Notes under the pieces: model-generated
What the model was told of the DNA's origin: nothing
What the model saw: only the letters and a program-made list of their open reading frames with translations
Databases searched by the model: none
Source: Carcharhinus amblyrhynchos
Taxonomy: Eukaryota
Assembly (NCBI GenBank): GCA_965287045.1
Contig: OZ336879.1
Coordinates: forward strand, 14,694,001-14,758,000
DNA length: 64,000 nt
Reading direction: 5' to 3'
Program-made: the position numbers and the translations under genes
Shown: piece by piece, positions 1 through 12,312 of the stretch
Layout: each line of letters begins with the position of its first letter
How positions within the stretch are numbered: position 1 is the first letter of the stretch

Positions 1-95
1 TCCGGGGATGGATGACGCTTGGAGGATGGCATCCTCTATTGACCTCGAGTGGGATCGTACAAACCTCGGATCGGCATGCTAGTAAAATTCCGCCC
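1..95. mobile_element. Right part of ~125-bp Harbinger-type MITE
   Basis: Ends in TIR gtaaaattccgccc (82-95); body ggatggcatcctctattgacctcg matches the MITE at 9984-10109. Confidence 0.6.
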
Positions 96-654
96 ATAGA
101 GCCATAAAGGTTTACAGCATGGAAAAAGGCCATTCAGCCCAATTTGTCCATGGCTCACTCATAATAAAATTTAAATTCCCATCCTTTTCAACATAGCCCT
201 TACTTAATGAAATGTTGCAAGCGGCCCAGAGTAGCACTTCAGGAGGGTGCCCTAAGATACACTGGAGATTCCCTCTCAGCACTTCACAGGTAAGCATTTA
301 AACAGAAGTACAAATGTCCCCTGGGCTATTGCACTGTGTGGTGAACCATCCAAAAAAGCAAATTAAATCACAAATTCTGACAGTTCTGACAGGGTTACTC
401 CAACAGTTACCCTGAAAAGGTTAGAAGAATTAAAACCTCTTTTAATTCCTGGGTAATTATTGTAACAACCCAGACCAGCCAAAGGTATGGGGGTGTTCCC
501 CCTACCACTCCTCCATATCCTTGACCACCACCTTGCCCCTCCCTCTGGGTATTCCCCTTGCCCCAAATCCTAGGCCTGAGGAGACACCTACACACCACTC
601 ATCCAGACTAACCGTGCTCCCGTGGTATCTCCCTGCGCCACCCACCAGCCACAC

Positions 655-725
655 ACACACCCCCCCCCCCCCCCACCCCCATCCCCACCCCCATCCCCAT
701 CCCCATCCCCAAACCCAACCAACCC
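655..725. repeat. C-rich low-complexity tract (CCCCAT/CCCCAC)n
   Basis: Directly visible; produces the HPHPHP/WGWGWG chance ORFs. Confidence 0.9.
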
Positions 726-869
726 CAACGGGACTCCTCAACCTTCCCACCAATCTTGGGCCTGACTCTCACCCCTCACCTGACTGCCTCACACATCACC
801 CCCTATCCCGCAGGCCTAACCTGGCTTTCTGATCCCAAATCTGTGGGCCTAGCTGTCCCACTGAGCTGA

Positions 870-1471
870 CTGCAACTGTACAGGGCACTGGTGAGGCCAC
901 AGCTGGAGTACTGTGTGCAGTTTTGGTTGCCGCACTTGCGCAAGGATATTTTGGCCTTGGAGGGAGTGCAGAGGAGGTTCACTAGGCTGATACCGGAGTT
1001 GAGGGGGCTGAGCTATGAGGAAAGGCTGAATAAACTGGGCTTGTACTCATTAGAGTTTAGAAGGATAAGGGGAGATTTCATTGAGATGTACAAGATGATG
1101 AAAGGGATGGATAGAGTAGAGGTGGAGAGGTTCTTCCTGCTCAGAAAGGACAGCAGGACTAGAGGGCACAGCCTCAAGATAAGGGGGGGACAGTTTAGAA
1201 CAGAGTTGAGGAGGAACTTCTTCACTCAAAGGGTGGTGAATCTCTGGAATTCTCTGCCCGTTGAAGTGGTTGAGGCTGCCTCGCTAAATATATTTAAGAC
1301 GTGGGTAGATAGGTTTTTGGTAGGCAAGGGGGTTAAGGGTTATGGGGAGAAAGCGGAAAAGTGGAACTGAGCCACTTCAGATCAGCCATGATCTTATTGA
1401 ATGGCGGGGCAGGCTCGAAGGGCTTGATGGCCCACTCCTGCTCCTATTTCTTATGTTCTTATGTTCTTATG
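870..1471 (+). mobile_element. Young 5'-truncated CR1 LINE (ORF2 C-terminus + 3' UTR)
   Basis: ORF 891-1370 RPQLEYCVQFW...RTRGHSLK...FFTQRVVNLWNSLP is the CR1 ORF2 C-terminus; ends in (ttcttatg)3 tail. Confidence 0.95.
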
Positions 1472-1740
1472 ACCAAGTCCCAGCCTACTTCCTCCCCAAC
1501 CCCACCCATCCGAAATCCAACCTCATGTGGCCGACATGCTCCCCAACTTCTTCTCCAGATCTTTGATGCCCCCCCCCACCCCCACTAACCCCGAAAGCTT
1601 AATGTATTACCTTCTCCCTAGATTATCAATTTCAATAGGATCTTTATATGTACCTGGTTTAAGATAGATAGTGATGTAAAACAGGGTTGTGTTCTTCAAT
1701 CTGATGGAGCTAGACCTCAATGTTGAACTTCAGAGACAGC

Positions 1741-2090
1741 TTTTTTTTAATTCATTTGTGGTACATGGGTGTCTCTGGCTGGTCAACATCTATTGCCCAT
1801 TCCTAATTGCCTGAGGGCAGTTGACAGTCAACTAAATTGCTATGGCTCTGGAATCACATGTAGATCAGACCAGATAAGGATGGCAGATTTCCATCCCTAA
1901 AGGACATTAGTGAATAAGATGGGTTTTTCCAACAATGGACAATGGTAATCATTGGATTCTTAATTCCAGATATTGTTTATTGAATACAAATTTCACCATC
2001 TGCTATGGCAGTATTTGAACCCAGTTCGCCAGAACATTAGCTGAATTTCTAGATTGATAGTTTCATGATAATACCACTAGGCCATCACCC
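1741..2090 (-). mobile_element. tRNA-headed SINE (family C), near full length
   Basis: Minus-strand A box TGGCCTAGTGG (2074-2084) and B-box-like GGTTCAAATAC (2011-2021); tail ggcaattaggaatgggcaatagatg...atgaattaaaaa; homologous copies at 2615, 11985, 58915. Confidence 0.8.
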
Positions 2091-2614
2091 CATTATACTG
2101 CCTGGATCTCACATGCACTGAGTCAGAAGGTCGGGCCAGACACAGTAGAAATTTAATGTAAGTGATTATTCTCGGAATGGCAATGCATAGCTGGCTGCAA
2201 CTCTAAGGAAGTGACTTACTTTCAGCTTGAAATGTTCAATTGGTTCCACATCCGCAGTCTTTTGGAAAGAGAGTTTGATTTTTCACTTTAACCTGTGTGA
2301 GGAGAAAAGGTTTCTGGATTTCATTTCTAACTGGGCTTGCCTGTAATTTGCAAAATACATCATTTTAGATTCCCCCAGCAGAGATGATAAGTTCTGAGGT
2401 GAACTCAAGCCCAAGCTGAAGGCAGTGATAGACTCTGAGGAAGATTCTGTACAACTGAAGTCTCAAGTCCTCTTGCTTGTATTCCAGATCTTGACATAAA
2501 GGCCAACATTTTATTGCTCCTCTTGATAAGGCAATAATGAGGGATTAGATTCCTTCTCTGCATTTTCCGCTTGCCTTGGAATCCTGTCATTGTTGTGCTG
2601 CCTGCATTTTATTT

Positions 2615-2844
2615 AATACATTTGTGGGACATGGGACGTCGCTGGCTGGGCAGGATTTATTGCCCAGTCCTAGTTGCCCTTGGAAGGCAATTGAGAGTCA
2701 ACCACATATTGTGGCTCTAGAGTCACATGCAGTCCAGACAGGGTAAAGACAGCAGATTTCCTTCCCTAAAGGACATTAGTGAACCAAATGGGTTTTTCCA
2801 ACATTCAACAATGATTTCATGGTCATCAGTATATTCTTAATTCA
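2615..2844 (-). mobile_element. Family C SINE, 3' part
   Basis: Colinear with 1750-1965; truncated where an LTR-like sequence begins. Confidence 0.75.
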
Positions 2845-3120
2845 TGTCATTCTAATGTAAAGGCGCTCAGCAGAGCAAAGGCTAACGTGACACTGGAGAG
2901 TGCCACACTATGATGCATAAACTCACATGGTAAGAGACGAAAAGACAACAGTCCAGAAAGAACACTCTAGAAGCAAGCTACCTGAATAGTCACAGCACCA
3001 TGCAAGACAGTAATGTGGGACTTGCAACAAGTTAAAGACAATCGATGAATGGTTCATGTTTAAAAATACAAGTCTCAAGCTCCTCATCTTTGACCCATCT
3101 AAGAAATTCTTTTTGCAACA
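2845..3120 (+). mobile_element. Candidate Gypsy-type LTR
   Basis: TGT...AACA termini; abruptly interrupts a SINE; no TSD seen. Confidence 0.4.
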
Positions 3121-3432
3121 GACATTTCGACCAAATGGGGTCTAAAGTCTGCAAGTGTTAGCAGTGGGACTGATATCACAATCTTCCTGGAGGCAGCCTC
3201 CATACTTGTTGCCTTGTATCAAGAATGGTGGGTTCCTGGTAACGGTGATCCAATCATGTGGTGGGCAGATCCAGAGCCTTGGCAGCCCAGCCAAAAAAGA
3301 TGTCAAGGGATATGGGTTAGCCATGGTGATCGGGAGCAGGAACACAATCGTTCCTCGTTACTCTGCATGGAGCAGTAATCTTGAGGGTCCAAAAGTTATT
3401 CCACATTGACAACAGGTATGAGGGTGACATGA

Positions 3433-4255
3433 TGTCATACCTGCTAAGGTAAGATGTCACGTCTCTTCCAAGTTACCAGGCATATTGATTTTGTAAAGGC
3501 ATAGGAAAAATCTCATTTTCACTTACAAGTGCCCGAGGTCCCGGGGGAATAGAGTGCTTTGCAGATTCTAACCTGCACATTTAGGACCAGGGCTCTGTAC
3601 ATCAGCAGTTTGGTGCATGGAAAAGATCAAATCACCAGCAGGGCAGATATTTAGCAGTAGAATTTGATCCAGCTTTCATAAATCAAAGCACCTTTGAGCA
3701 AAATAGAACGTCCGTTACCGAAAATGAACCTGCCAGCCAGCTGAGGAGAGAAAATTAAATAATAAAGATAATGTTTTGATTGCTTACTGTGCCAGAAACC
3801 TGTTTGCTGTCAGGTTGTCTCAGGCCTCTCTGCCTTTCCATACAGTTGCATGGGACACTTGCCCACGTGCCGAAGATCCAATGATGTTGGATTGCACAAG
3901 CACCACCCACCCCTGATTCACAAGTATTGGGAAACTCCCAGGGCATGCAGGGAATTGTAGTTCCTCACCCCCAACCCATCAGGTTAGTTCCAAGCTCTTG
4001 TCAAGGCACGCGAGAGAACACTATAAAAACTGAAAGTACATAAACATGCAGCCTGAGTTAAATAACAGTACATACAATTTATTGTAAAATTAAGTCTAAA
4101 ACTCACCCAGACTATCGATTGCTTTCAACGTACATCTCTGTCTGATTTCATTGCCAGCAATAATACCAACAGGTTGTACTCAGTAAAACTTTCTAATCAA
4201 GTCTTGCACTCAGTTCACTCATTTCCTCTTATCGCCCTCTCACATGGGGATGACA
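3433..4255 (+). mobile_element. Candidate solo LTR
   Basis: Inverted termini tgtcatacc...gggatgaca; flanks atga/ataa (4-bp TSD, 1 mismatch); internal TATAAAA at 4022. Confidence 0.5.
3943..3961 (-). promoter_or_regulatory. ZNF143/Staf (SBS)-like motif
   Basis: Minus strand ACTACAATTCCCTGCATGC vs recalled consensus ACTACAATTCCCAGCATGC (1 mismatch). Confidence 0.5.
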
Positions 4256-4409
4256 ATAATTTTAGCCAAAAGTCATGAAGAGAAAATCTCATATAATGTA
4301 CTCATGCAGATTTATTTGATGTCTGGCAGGAATATCACCTCAGTAATGTAAAATTATACATCAATGACTCACACTATTATTTTTCAATAGATCATGGTTA
4401 ATAAATAAG

Positions 4410-4726
4410 ATCATAGAATCCTACAGTGCAGAAGGAGGCCATTTGGCCCATCAAGTCTGCGCTGACCACAATCCCACCCAAGCCCCATCCCCATAACCCT
4501 TTGCATTCACCCTAGCTAGTCCCCTTGACACTAAGGGGCAAGTTAGCAAGGCAAATCCACCTAGCATCCTTGGACCGAGGGAAGAAACCGGGCCACCTGA
4601 TGGAAACCCATGCAGACACGGGGAAAATGTGCAAACTCCACAACGACAGTGACCCAAGCCAGGAATCAAACCAAGGTCCCTGGTGCTTTGAGGCAGCAGT
4701 GCTAACCACTGTGCCACCATGCTGCC
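4410..4726 (-). mobile_element. HE1-type V-SINE
   Basis: tRNA-like head ggtggcacagtggttagcactgctgcc, V-domain gtgggtttcc, CR1-like tail ggcctccttctgcactgtaggattctatga. Confidence 0.9.
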
Positions 4727-5051
4727 AATTTAATAGAACATAAAAATCCTCCTCTCTCCCATGCCCACAACCCTTGGCAACATCACTGGCCTCCAGCAGA
4801 ATTAATAAAAACTCCATCAGGATTTAAGAAGACTGATTTCTAACTTTACACAGTGGTTTTCCATTCATTGGGTGTACACTTCACCCATATCAACTGGATA
4901 CATGATTTGCTTAAGTAGGTTTTCTTTGACTTCAATGAAAGAAAAATTAAGCGGACTGTATAATACGTTGCCAATCTGCTACTACCCATTCTACACCCCT
5001 GACAAAGTTGAACTCTGCACTCCCATTGTACTCACCAGATTTCTAAAATTT

Positions 5052-5344
5052 TAAAGTTTATTTAGCAGTTGCAAGTAGGCTTACATTCACACTGCAATTA
5101 AGTTACTGTGAAAATCCGCAAATCACCATACCCTGGTGCCTGTTCGGGTACACTGAAGGAGAATTTAGCATGGTCAATTCACCTGATCTGCATATCTTTG
5201 GACTGTGGGAAGAAACGAGAGCACGCAGAGGAAACCCACGCAGACACGGGGAGAACGTGCAAACTCCACATAGACAATGACCTGAGCCAGAAATAAACCG
5301 TCACAGTTAGCAAGGCAGCTGTGCTAACTACTGCACCACTGTGC
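5052..5344 (-). mobile_element. V-SINE, tail type B
   Basis: Same head/V core; tail aaattctcc-tcagtgtacccgaacagg...cacagtaactt...gtaagcctactt. Confidence 0.85.
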
Positions 5345-5376
5345 ATGCACCCCTTGCCCCCTCCCCACACTACCCA

Positions 5377-5377
<1 letters not shown>

Positions 5378-5463
<86 letters not shown>
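5378..5463. repeat. (CA)n microsatellite
   Basis: About 40 uninterrupted CA units. Confidence 0.98.
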
Positions 5464-5467
<4 letters not shown>

Positions 5468-6762
5468 CTATTCCAAACTGCAAGTTTTAACCTTGCCATT
5501 CACCTACCTGAGTTAGTGGGAAGAATAGGAAATTTAGCCTAGCCTGCCTGAAGTCCAATTTTACCACCATTCAAAAACTGAGGTTGTTGCATTAACGCAG
5601 CCTTTATTTGAATGACCAGAGTAGATTTTTACCTTGCTGTGCAGTGTATAAAACTGATATTGCAGTTCAGCCACCCATCATAAAAACTCTCAGCTTCTTG
5701 ATTCCATTGAAAATCCACCCCATAATTTCAGATACAAATCCTCGTGGAGGATTTCCCTTTAATTCCAAATATGTGACAAAGCCACTACAGGAGACGCCTG
5801 ATGAAATATGCAACCTTTAGCCCGCCACGTGAAGTTCAAAGCTGTTTCATTTATGCTCGAATAGTTGTGTTAAATTGAATTTGATGTTTGCTAACATCTA
5901 CTGCTTCAGCTGTCTTAAGGCTAATGTAAGGTCAGGTGAAGCAAGACACCACAGCTTCACTTATGGTACCTTGTAAAAATAAGGTTAAATAAGAATAAAC
6001 TGTTTCCAGCAGAACATTTCTTTAAAGCTACTGCAATCTTGCAAAAGAACTTTGGAGGAAACCCTTTTTTCCTGGCAGGTCTCATTCTCCATTTATTATT
6101 TTCTGAGGCAAAACCTCCAAATAGCACACGTGGGGTTAGTAAACCTGTGATGCCTTTGTGCTTTCTAACTGTTAACAAATTTATTTCAGACAAGTATTCT
6201 TTGATTTTCCTCAAACACATGGGTAAAATAACTGACCAAAACATTCTTGTCTAAGTAATCATTGGAGGAGGGAGGTCAAAGATTTTAAGATGAAAATTAA
6301 TTAATTAATTAAGTTACGTGTGAGCAAGCCATGTTCGGTAGCTTTATTTTCTCAGAGGTTATTCAAACGCAGGATTACAATTGAATTTCAAATCAACAAC
6401 ATAAGTGGCTTGCATCATTATCTGATAGTATCACATGGCATTATTGGAAAATCTGATGTCCTCATCCATAAATATATTTGAACAGGTTGGATCACCTCAT
6501 GGTGATTGTGAAGAATTAGTGCCAGACAGGAAGGGAAAGATTAAACTTGTTTTCGACATTTGCTTTTAGGAATGTTAATAATGCGGACAATGTAATATTC
6601 AATACCCACTCTCCATTTATCTATGGACATTTGGGTTGGGATTCGACCGGCCATAGGGTATTGGGTTAATAAGGTGGGTGATGGGGGGTGGGGGTATCAG
6701 AAAAATGCAGGGGAGCTGTGTAGGGAAATTTCCAGTTCCTGGGAATTGCAGCAACTTGTCTC

Positions 6763-7083
6763 CATAAGACCATAATACATAGGTGCAGAATTAGGCCACT
6801 CGGCCCATTGAGTCTGTTCTGCCATTCAATCATGGCTGATATTTTTCTCATCCCCATTCTCCTGCCTTTCCCCCATAAACCCTGATCCCCTTATTAATAA
6901 TGAACTTATCTATCTCTGTCTTAAAGACACTCAATGAGCTGGCCTCCGCAGCAAAGCATTTCACTGATTCACCACTCTCTGGCTGGGGAAATTCCTCCTC
7001 ATTTCTGTTTTAAAGGATCACCCCTTTAGCCTGAGGTTGTGCTGTCTGGTCCTAGTTTTTCCTGCTAGTGGAAACATCCTCTC
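6763..7083 (-). mobile_element. CR1 3' fragment
   Basis: Reverse tail cataagaccataa, ccattcaatcatggctgat, ORF2-end similarity; sits inside a GC-rich DNA-transposon-like element (~6635-7350). Confidence 0.85.
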
Positions 7084-7720
7084 TTGATTGACTGGAGGCC
7101 AATGGCTAATCTGAACAGTTGAAGGCACGATTAATGGACATTTTCTTAGCTCCTAGCATTTTGCCATTAGTGGGGTGACTGCTCTGGCTTGTGGGGAGAC
7201 TGCTCTCTCACAGGGATAAGCTTGCAGTGGCTTCCCAAGAGTGTAATCAGAGACTCCATTCCCAACGAGAGGACTAGCAGTAGCAAAGCACCATCTTCCT
7301 CCACCTCCCTCCCCATGACCCTACCACCACTGCCGCTGGAAAATTTCCCCTCTAATCACTGGATCCTGACTACCTGACCATGGCAAAAAAAAATCAAATC
7401 TCTGCCATCCTACCTATTGAGATAAATGTATTTATAATTAAGAAAAAAGAATGAAGGGATATGGTGAACATGTGGGGAGATGGACTTCAGACTAGGGAGA
7501 GATCAGCCATGCTCTGATTGAATGGCGGAGCAAGTTTGAAAGGCTCAATTTGCCGATCTCTGCTTCTCATTCCTATCCTCCAATGTTCCAGCCCAGAAAT
7601 TGTTCTTCAGAATGGAGGCATCTTCGTGTTCTCTTTGCTCCCTCAATAGTGACAATTCTCTCAACATGTGAACAGTTTCTTAGACAGGATACTTCTGCTC
7701 TCTTACAACTCATAACCATT

Positions 7721-7845
7721 GAGCAGAATTTTCCTGTCTCGCCTGCCACAGGAATTGTAGTGGGGGGGTACTGACCACACAAAGGTCTATTGATTAAGTC
7801 GGGATTTTCCGACCTTGAGGTGAGAGCCGCCAGAGAATCCAACCC
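7721..7845. mobile_element. Harbinger-type MITE with 3-bp TSD
   Basis: Imperfect TIRs gagcagaattttc / gagaatccaaccc; flanks att/att. Confidence 0.6.
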
Positions 7846-8001
7846 ATTATGTTTTTGATGGAAAGGTGTGTGTATCTTTTCTTAACCCTGGACTATTTAT
7901 ACCAATTAGGGAATTCAGCAACAAGTTTTTGGTCGTTTAAAATGAAGAATGTGAGTTATTCTCAGGCACTCACCCTGAATTAACACAAAATCAGGCACGT
8001 G

Positions 8002-8709
8002 GAAAGTGATTTTACCATCGATTTTATGCTGGTAAAATTGGGCGTAAAGCGTTTAGTGCTGGTTTTAGCAACCAGTGTCATTTTACGAGTGCTGGATTTC
8101 TGGGGCTAATGGGGGAGGGGCCAGTGGGGGCAGGGTCAATGTGGGGGTCTAACTAGGGGAGGGAGCCTGCAGCCACTCTGCAGCGATCGGTGGCGAGAGG
8201 GAGAGAGAGGGGGCCCGCTGCCACTCTATAACTATTGATGGGGTAGGGAGAGAGGGGGGGAGAGGGCCCACAGCCTCTCTGCAATGATCAGAGGACGAGG
8301 GCAGTGAGGCTATGATCAGTGGGGGGAAGGGGGTCCGTGATTGATCTGGGTGGTGAGGAGGGTCGGCGGGTATTCTATCTTGGGCCACAGTCCACCGCAA
8401 TTGTAGGGGAAGGAGGTTGCTTCAGGCTGCCTGCAATAGTAGGGACCTGATGGCTCTCTCTTTGTCTGTCAGATCCTTGTTTCTGCAAATATGCGTGTGC
8501 AGCATCAGAGACATGCACATGCACCCTGCCTCCCTCTGCAGGCTTTCAGTGCATTAAGCCCACCCACAGGCTTCTGCAGTGAGCAACAGGCTCGCTCAGA
8601 ATTTTTCAGGTAGAGTGTGTTTGGGGAGGGTTAAAAACACACCCAAAAGACAGATCTGAAACTCTCCCAGTCCATCCATCACTTAGACAAAAATGGTAAA
8701 ATCACCCCC
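8002..8709. mobile_element. Non-autonomous Harbinger-type element
   Basis: 13-bp perfect TIR gtgattttaccat/atggtaaaatcac; right end homologous to right end of 27099-31688. Confidence 0.7.
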
Positions 8710-9200
8710 ACAGCCTCATGCACGCATACACATATACACACAAAAATTGGATACAAATGAACATAGCGTGCTCTTATCAGTTGCAGTTAATTCAGTATCT
8801 GATTTACAATTTCCAGTCTCCCACAGGTCAGGCCTGTGCTTTCTTGAATGCGTTTAATGATTTAAAGTTGAACTGGGGATCTTGTAAATTGAAGCGTTGA
8901 CTGAAGGTTACAAGGATTTTTTTTGCCGAATATCTAGGAAATTGGTTCTCGGTCAACCTTGAACCTGGAACAGTTTAAATAGTTTGGCTGATGAATGATT
9001 TGTCGCTCATGTTGGAGATTGGTTCTTGAACTGGCTGACAGCCAATTGTTCTGATGGATCTGCTCGGTACTGGGGTAATGAAGGTTCAGTTGCGGAAGCC
9101 AACTTTAATAATGTGACCACTTGGTTAACACATCTCAGGACCACCCAGTTTTCTTTGGGTGGTGGAGGTCATTGTTTAACAATGGGAAACTGATAGTGAC

Positions 9201-9922
9201 AATAAGAAGTCTCACAACACCAAGTTAAAGTCCAAAAGGTTTATTTGGTAGCACAAGCTACTAGCTTTCAGAGTGCTGCTCCTTCGTCAGTGAAGTGGGA
9301 GTTCTGTTCACAAACAGGGCATATAAAGACACAAACTCAATTTACAAAATAATGGTTGGAATGTGAGTCTTTACAGGTAATCAAGTCTCAAATGTGAGTG
9401 GAGAGAGGGTTAAGCATAGGTTAGAGGGATGTGTATTTGTCTCCAGACAGGGCAGTTAGTGAGATTTTGCAAGCCCAGGCAAGTTGTGGGGTTACAGATA
9501 GTGTGACATGAACCCAGGACCCTGATTGACCCTGATCCTCATGCGTGCGGAACTTGGCCATCAGTTCTGCTTAGCGACTCTGCGTTGTCGTGTGTCATGA
9601 AGGCCACCTTGGAGAAAACAGAGAGATCTGCAGTCCAGCAACCAAAGAGGAAAGAGTTGAATCTGACCCTCTGCCAACTCACATTGTCTGTACCTTTAAG
9701 ACTTGATTACTTATAAAGACTCGCATTCCAGCCATTATTTTGTAAATTGAGTTTGTGCCTTGATATGCTTTGTTTCCGAACAGAACTCCCACTCACCTAA
9801 TGAAAGGATAGAACTCCAGAAGCCAGTGACTTGTGCTCCAAATAAATCTGTTGGAATTTAACCTGGTGTTGTGAGACTTCTTACTGTGTTTACTCCAGTC
9901 CAACTCCAGCACCCCCACATCA
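9201..9922. mobile_element. Penelope-like element with inverted terminal repeats
   Basis: 9201-9395 is the reverse complement of ~9683-9885; minus strand 9490-9615 reads LQGGLHDTRQRRVA...AKFRTHED...GFMSHYL*, a GIY-YIG endonuclease C-terminus. Confidence 0.85.
9252..9293 (-). ncRNA. Minimal hammerhead ribozyme-like motif in Penelope repeat (probably decayed)
   Basis: CUGACGA-A-GGAG-CAGCA-CUCU-GAAA-GCU-AGU-AGC-UU-GUG. Confidence 0.5.
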
Positions 9923-9983
9923 AACTGATAGTGGGCACTGACTTCTAATCTCCCCTTTTGTCACTGGGAAACATGGGGGCAGA

Positions 9984-10109
9984 GGCCCTGATTTTACTGG
10001 CACCCTTGCCCTGATTTCAGGGCAGGTGAGGCTCACAGAATGGCATCCTCTGTTGGCCTTGGGTGCAATCTTACGAGCCTTGGCCAGGCATGCCGGTAAA
10101 ATTCCGGCC
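9984..10109. mobile_element. Harbinger-type MITE
   Basis: TIRs ggccctgattttactggca / tgccggtaaaattccggcc. Confidence 0.7.
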
Positions 10110-11086
10110 AAGGTGCCTGGAAACCTGGCAGTTTTAAGGATCTTAGCCCATCCTTAAACAGTGTGAATTCCACAAATGGTTGTGATGTCCCCTCACCTAT
10201 GTCCACATTTAATCAGGTATTTGTCACGGACTTGATATTGCCTGTCTTCCAAATGCCAAGCGCCACGTGACTTGCAGCAGCCATTTTAATAGCTTTTTGT
10301 ATTCTAGTTTTAGAAGTATTGACTGAAATTTCACAATACAACATGATTATACTGGACATGACACCAGATGGGGAAGGCACATCCATCCCTGAGTGACTTT
10401 AATGGACCAATGAGCCTTAAGAACAATCCATCAGTTATCATGATCATTGCACCAACCTACAATTTACCAGATTTTTAGAATTCTATTTTGCGAGTTATCA
10501 TGTTGCAATTAGAACTCTCAGTGCCCAGTAACATAAACACTCGACTACAATTACATAAAATAATGTCAAGTCTGATTGATGGAAATCACAGAGTATCAAG
10601 TGGAAAATAATCCTCACCAGCACTAATGCTCTGGAGATATGAGTTGAAACAGCAGCGAGGGAGATTAAATTCAATTAAGAAATAAATCTAGGTTAAGAAG
10701 GTATTTTCAGTAATCATTAAGAAATTATCAGATTTTCATTAAAAAAACATCTGGTTCATTGATATCCTTCAGAGGAAGAAACATGCTCAGCCTGCAGAAG
10801 TGTGTCTCCAGGCCCATGGAAATGTGGCTGATTCTTAACTGCCCTGTGAAATGGTCTAGCAAGACACTTAATTCTATCAGAATACTAAAGAAAATTGAAT
10901 TAAGAATAAAATTGGATGCCCATTTCTCCATCAGGTTAGACACCAGGAGCACCAACGGTAAACCCATTCCAGTTAACGATGAAAGGTCCTCCTCACAAAT
11001 GTCTGGGGACTTGTGCACAAAACGGGAGAACTGTCTTACTGACTAGGCAAACAACAGCCTGACAAAGGCATACACAGTAAACCTTA

Positions 11087-11383
11087 CATAGAACATAGAA
11101 CACTACAGCACAAACAGGCCCTTTGGACCACAAGTTGCGCCAATCACATCTATACCTACCAAGCCATAAAACTATCTGTAACTTCCATTAGAGCTATTAG
11201 ATGCCATTAGAGCCCATGTACTCATCCAGAAGTCTTTTAAAAGACCCCAGCGAGTTCGCCTCTGCCACCACCAACGGCAGCCGATTCCACTCACTCACCA
11301 CCCTCTGAGTGAAAAACTTTCCCCTAACATCTCCTCTGTACTTGCTTCCCAGCACCTTAAATCTGTGTCCTCTCGTAGCTTTC
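11087..11383 (-). mobile_element. CR1 3' fragment
   Basis: ORF 11197-11385 TRGHRFKV...FFTQRVVSEWNRLP; (catagaa)n reverse tail. Confidence 0.9.
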
Positions 11384-11399
11384 AATTGAAATCCCAGCC

Positions 11400-11575
11400 T
11401 CCTCCCTAAACATCCCTGTGTTAGGTTGATTGGCCATGGTAAATTGCCCCATAATGTCAGGGGGAATAGCAGGGTAAATACATGGGGTTAAGGGGATGGG
11501 GGTCTGGATGGGATTGTGGTCAGTGCAGCCTTAATGGGCCGAATGGCCTCCTTCTGCACTGTAGGGAGTCTCTAA
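11400..11575 (+). mobile_element. HE1-type SINE 3' half
   Basis: gttaggttgattggccatggtaaattgcccc...atgggccgaatggcctccttctgcactgtaggga. Confidence 0.8.
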
Positions 11576-11984
11576 TGGTTTGTTGTCCTATTTTTAGGGA
11601 AGAAGAACTAGGGGGAGTGGCAAAGTGGCGCAGAGACTGGAGCAGACATCTGTTCCGAACTGTTGATTCTTGACCCCACAACGGAAGCATTTTATCGATT
11701 GCTGCCCTGCCTCAACTGATGAAAATGTGCCATTCCATTTTGAACACTTCCAAAGCACTGAAGGTAGCTCCAAAATAAAATGTATGGGGAACCTCAGAGT
11801 CCATCACCAAAGGTGGCTTGATAAGCTGGCTGAGTCTTGAGTTCTGAAGAAGAATCATATTTGACTTAAAACATTGACTCTGTTACTCTCTCTACAGATG
11901 TTGCCATACCTGTTGAGTTTTCCTAGAACTTCCTGTTCTTATCCCTGTGTATCATCTACAAAGCACAAGTCAGGAGTGTGATTG

Positions 11985-12312
11985 TTGATTCATGGGACAT
12001 GGGCAGCACTGGGTGGTCAGCATTTATTACCCATCCCTGTTTGCCCGAGGACAGTTGAGAGTCAACCACCTTGCTGTGGGTCTGGAGTCAGATATAGGCC
12101 AGACCAGGTAAGGAAGGCATATTTCCTTCTCTGAAGTACATTAGCACATTGACAATGGTTTCATGGTCATCAGTAGATTCTTAATTCCAGATTTTATTTT
12201 TAATTGAATTTAAATTCCTCCATCAGCTTTGGTGGGATTCAAATCCAGATCCCCAGAACAGTAGCTGAGTTTCTGGATTAATAGTCTGGTAATAATACCA
12301 TTTGGCCATCAC
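11985..12312 (-). mobile_element. Family C SINE inserted in family C LINE
   Basis: Colinear with 1741-2090; host resumes on both sides (ggagtgtgat | ctctccacttgcc). Confidence 0.8.

Noticed and set aside
502-832. HP/WG-repeat ORFs
   Set aside because: Translation of a C-rich simple repeat; no gene structure
3142-3409. Possible retroviral protease remnant (VSSGTDITIF) after the LTR-like segment
   Set aside because: Catalytic DTG absent and no other pol motif; too weak to call
4410-4726. tRNA gene (A/B boxes), here and in similar copies
   Set aside because: These are SINE heads followed by a V-domain and LINE tail, not cloverleaf tRNA genes
5179-5542. CV/HT-repeat ORFs
   Set aside because: (CA)n microsatellite plus SINE
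6295-6312. (TTAA)n palindrome
   Set aside because: Short simple repeat expected in AT-rich DNA
7850-9180. Possible reverse-oriented solo LTR hosting the 8002-8709 element
   Set aside because: TGTT...AACA ends are plausible but no TSD or second copy supports it
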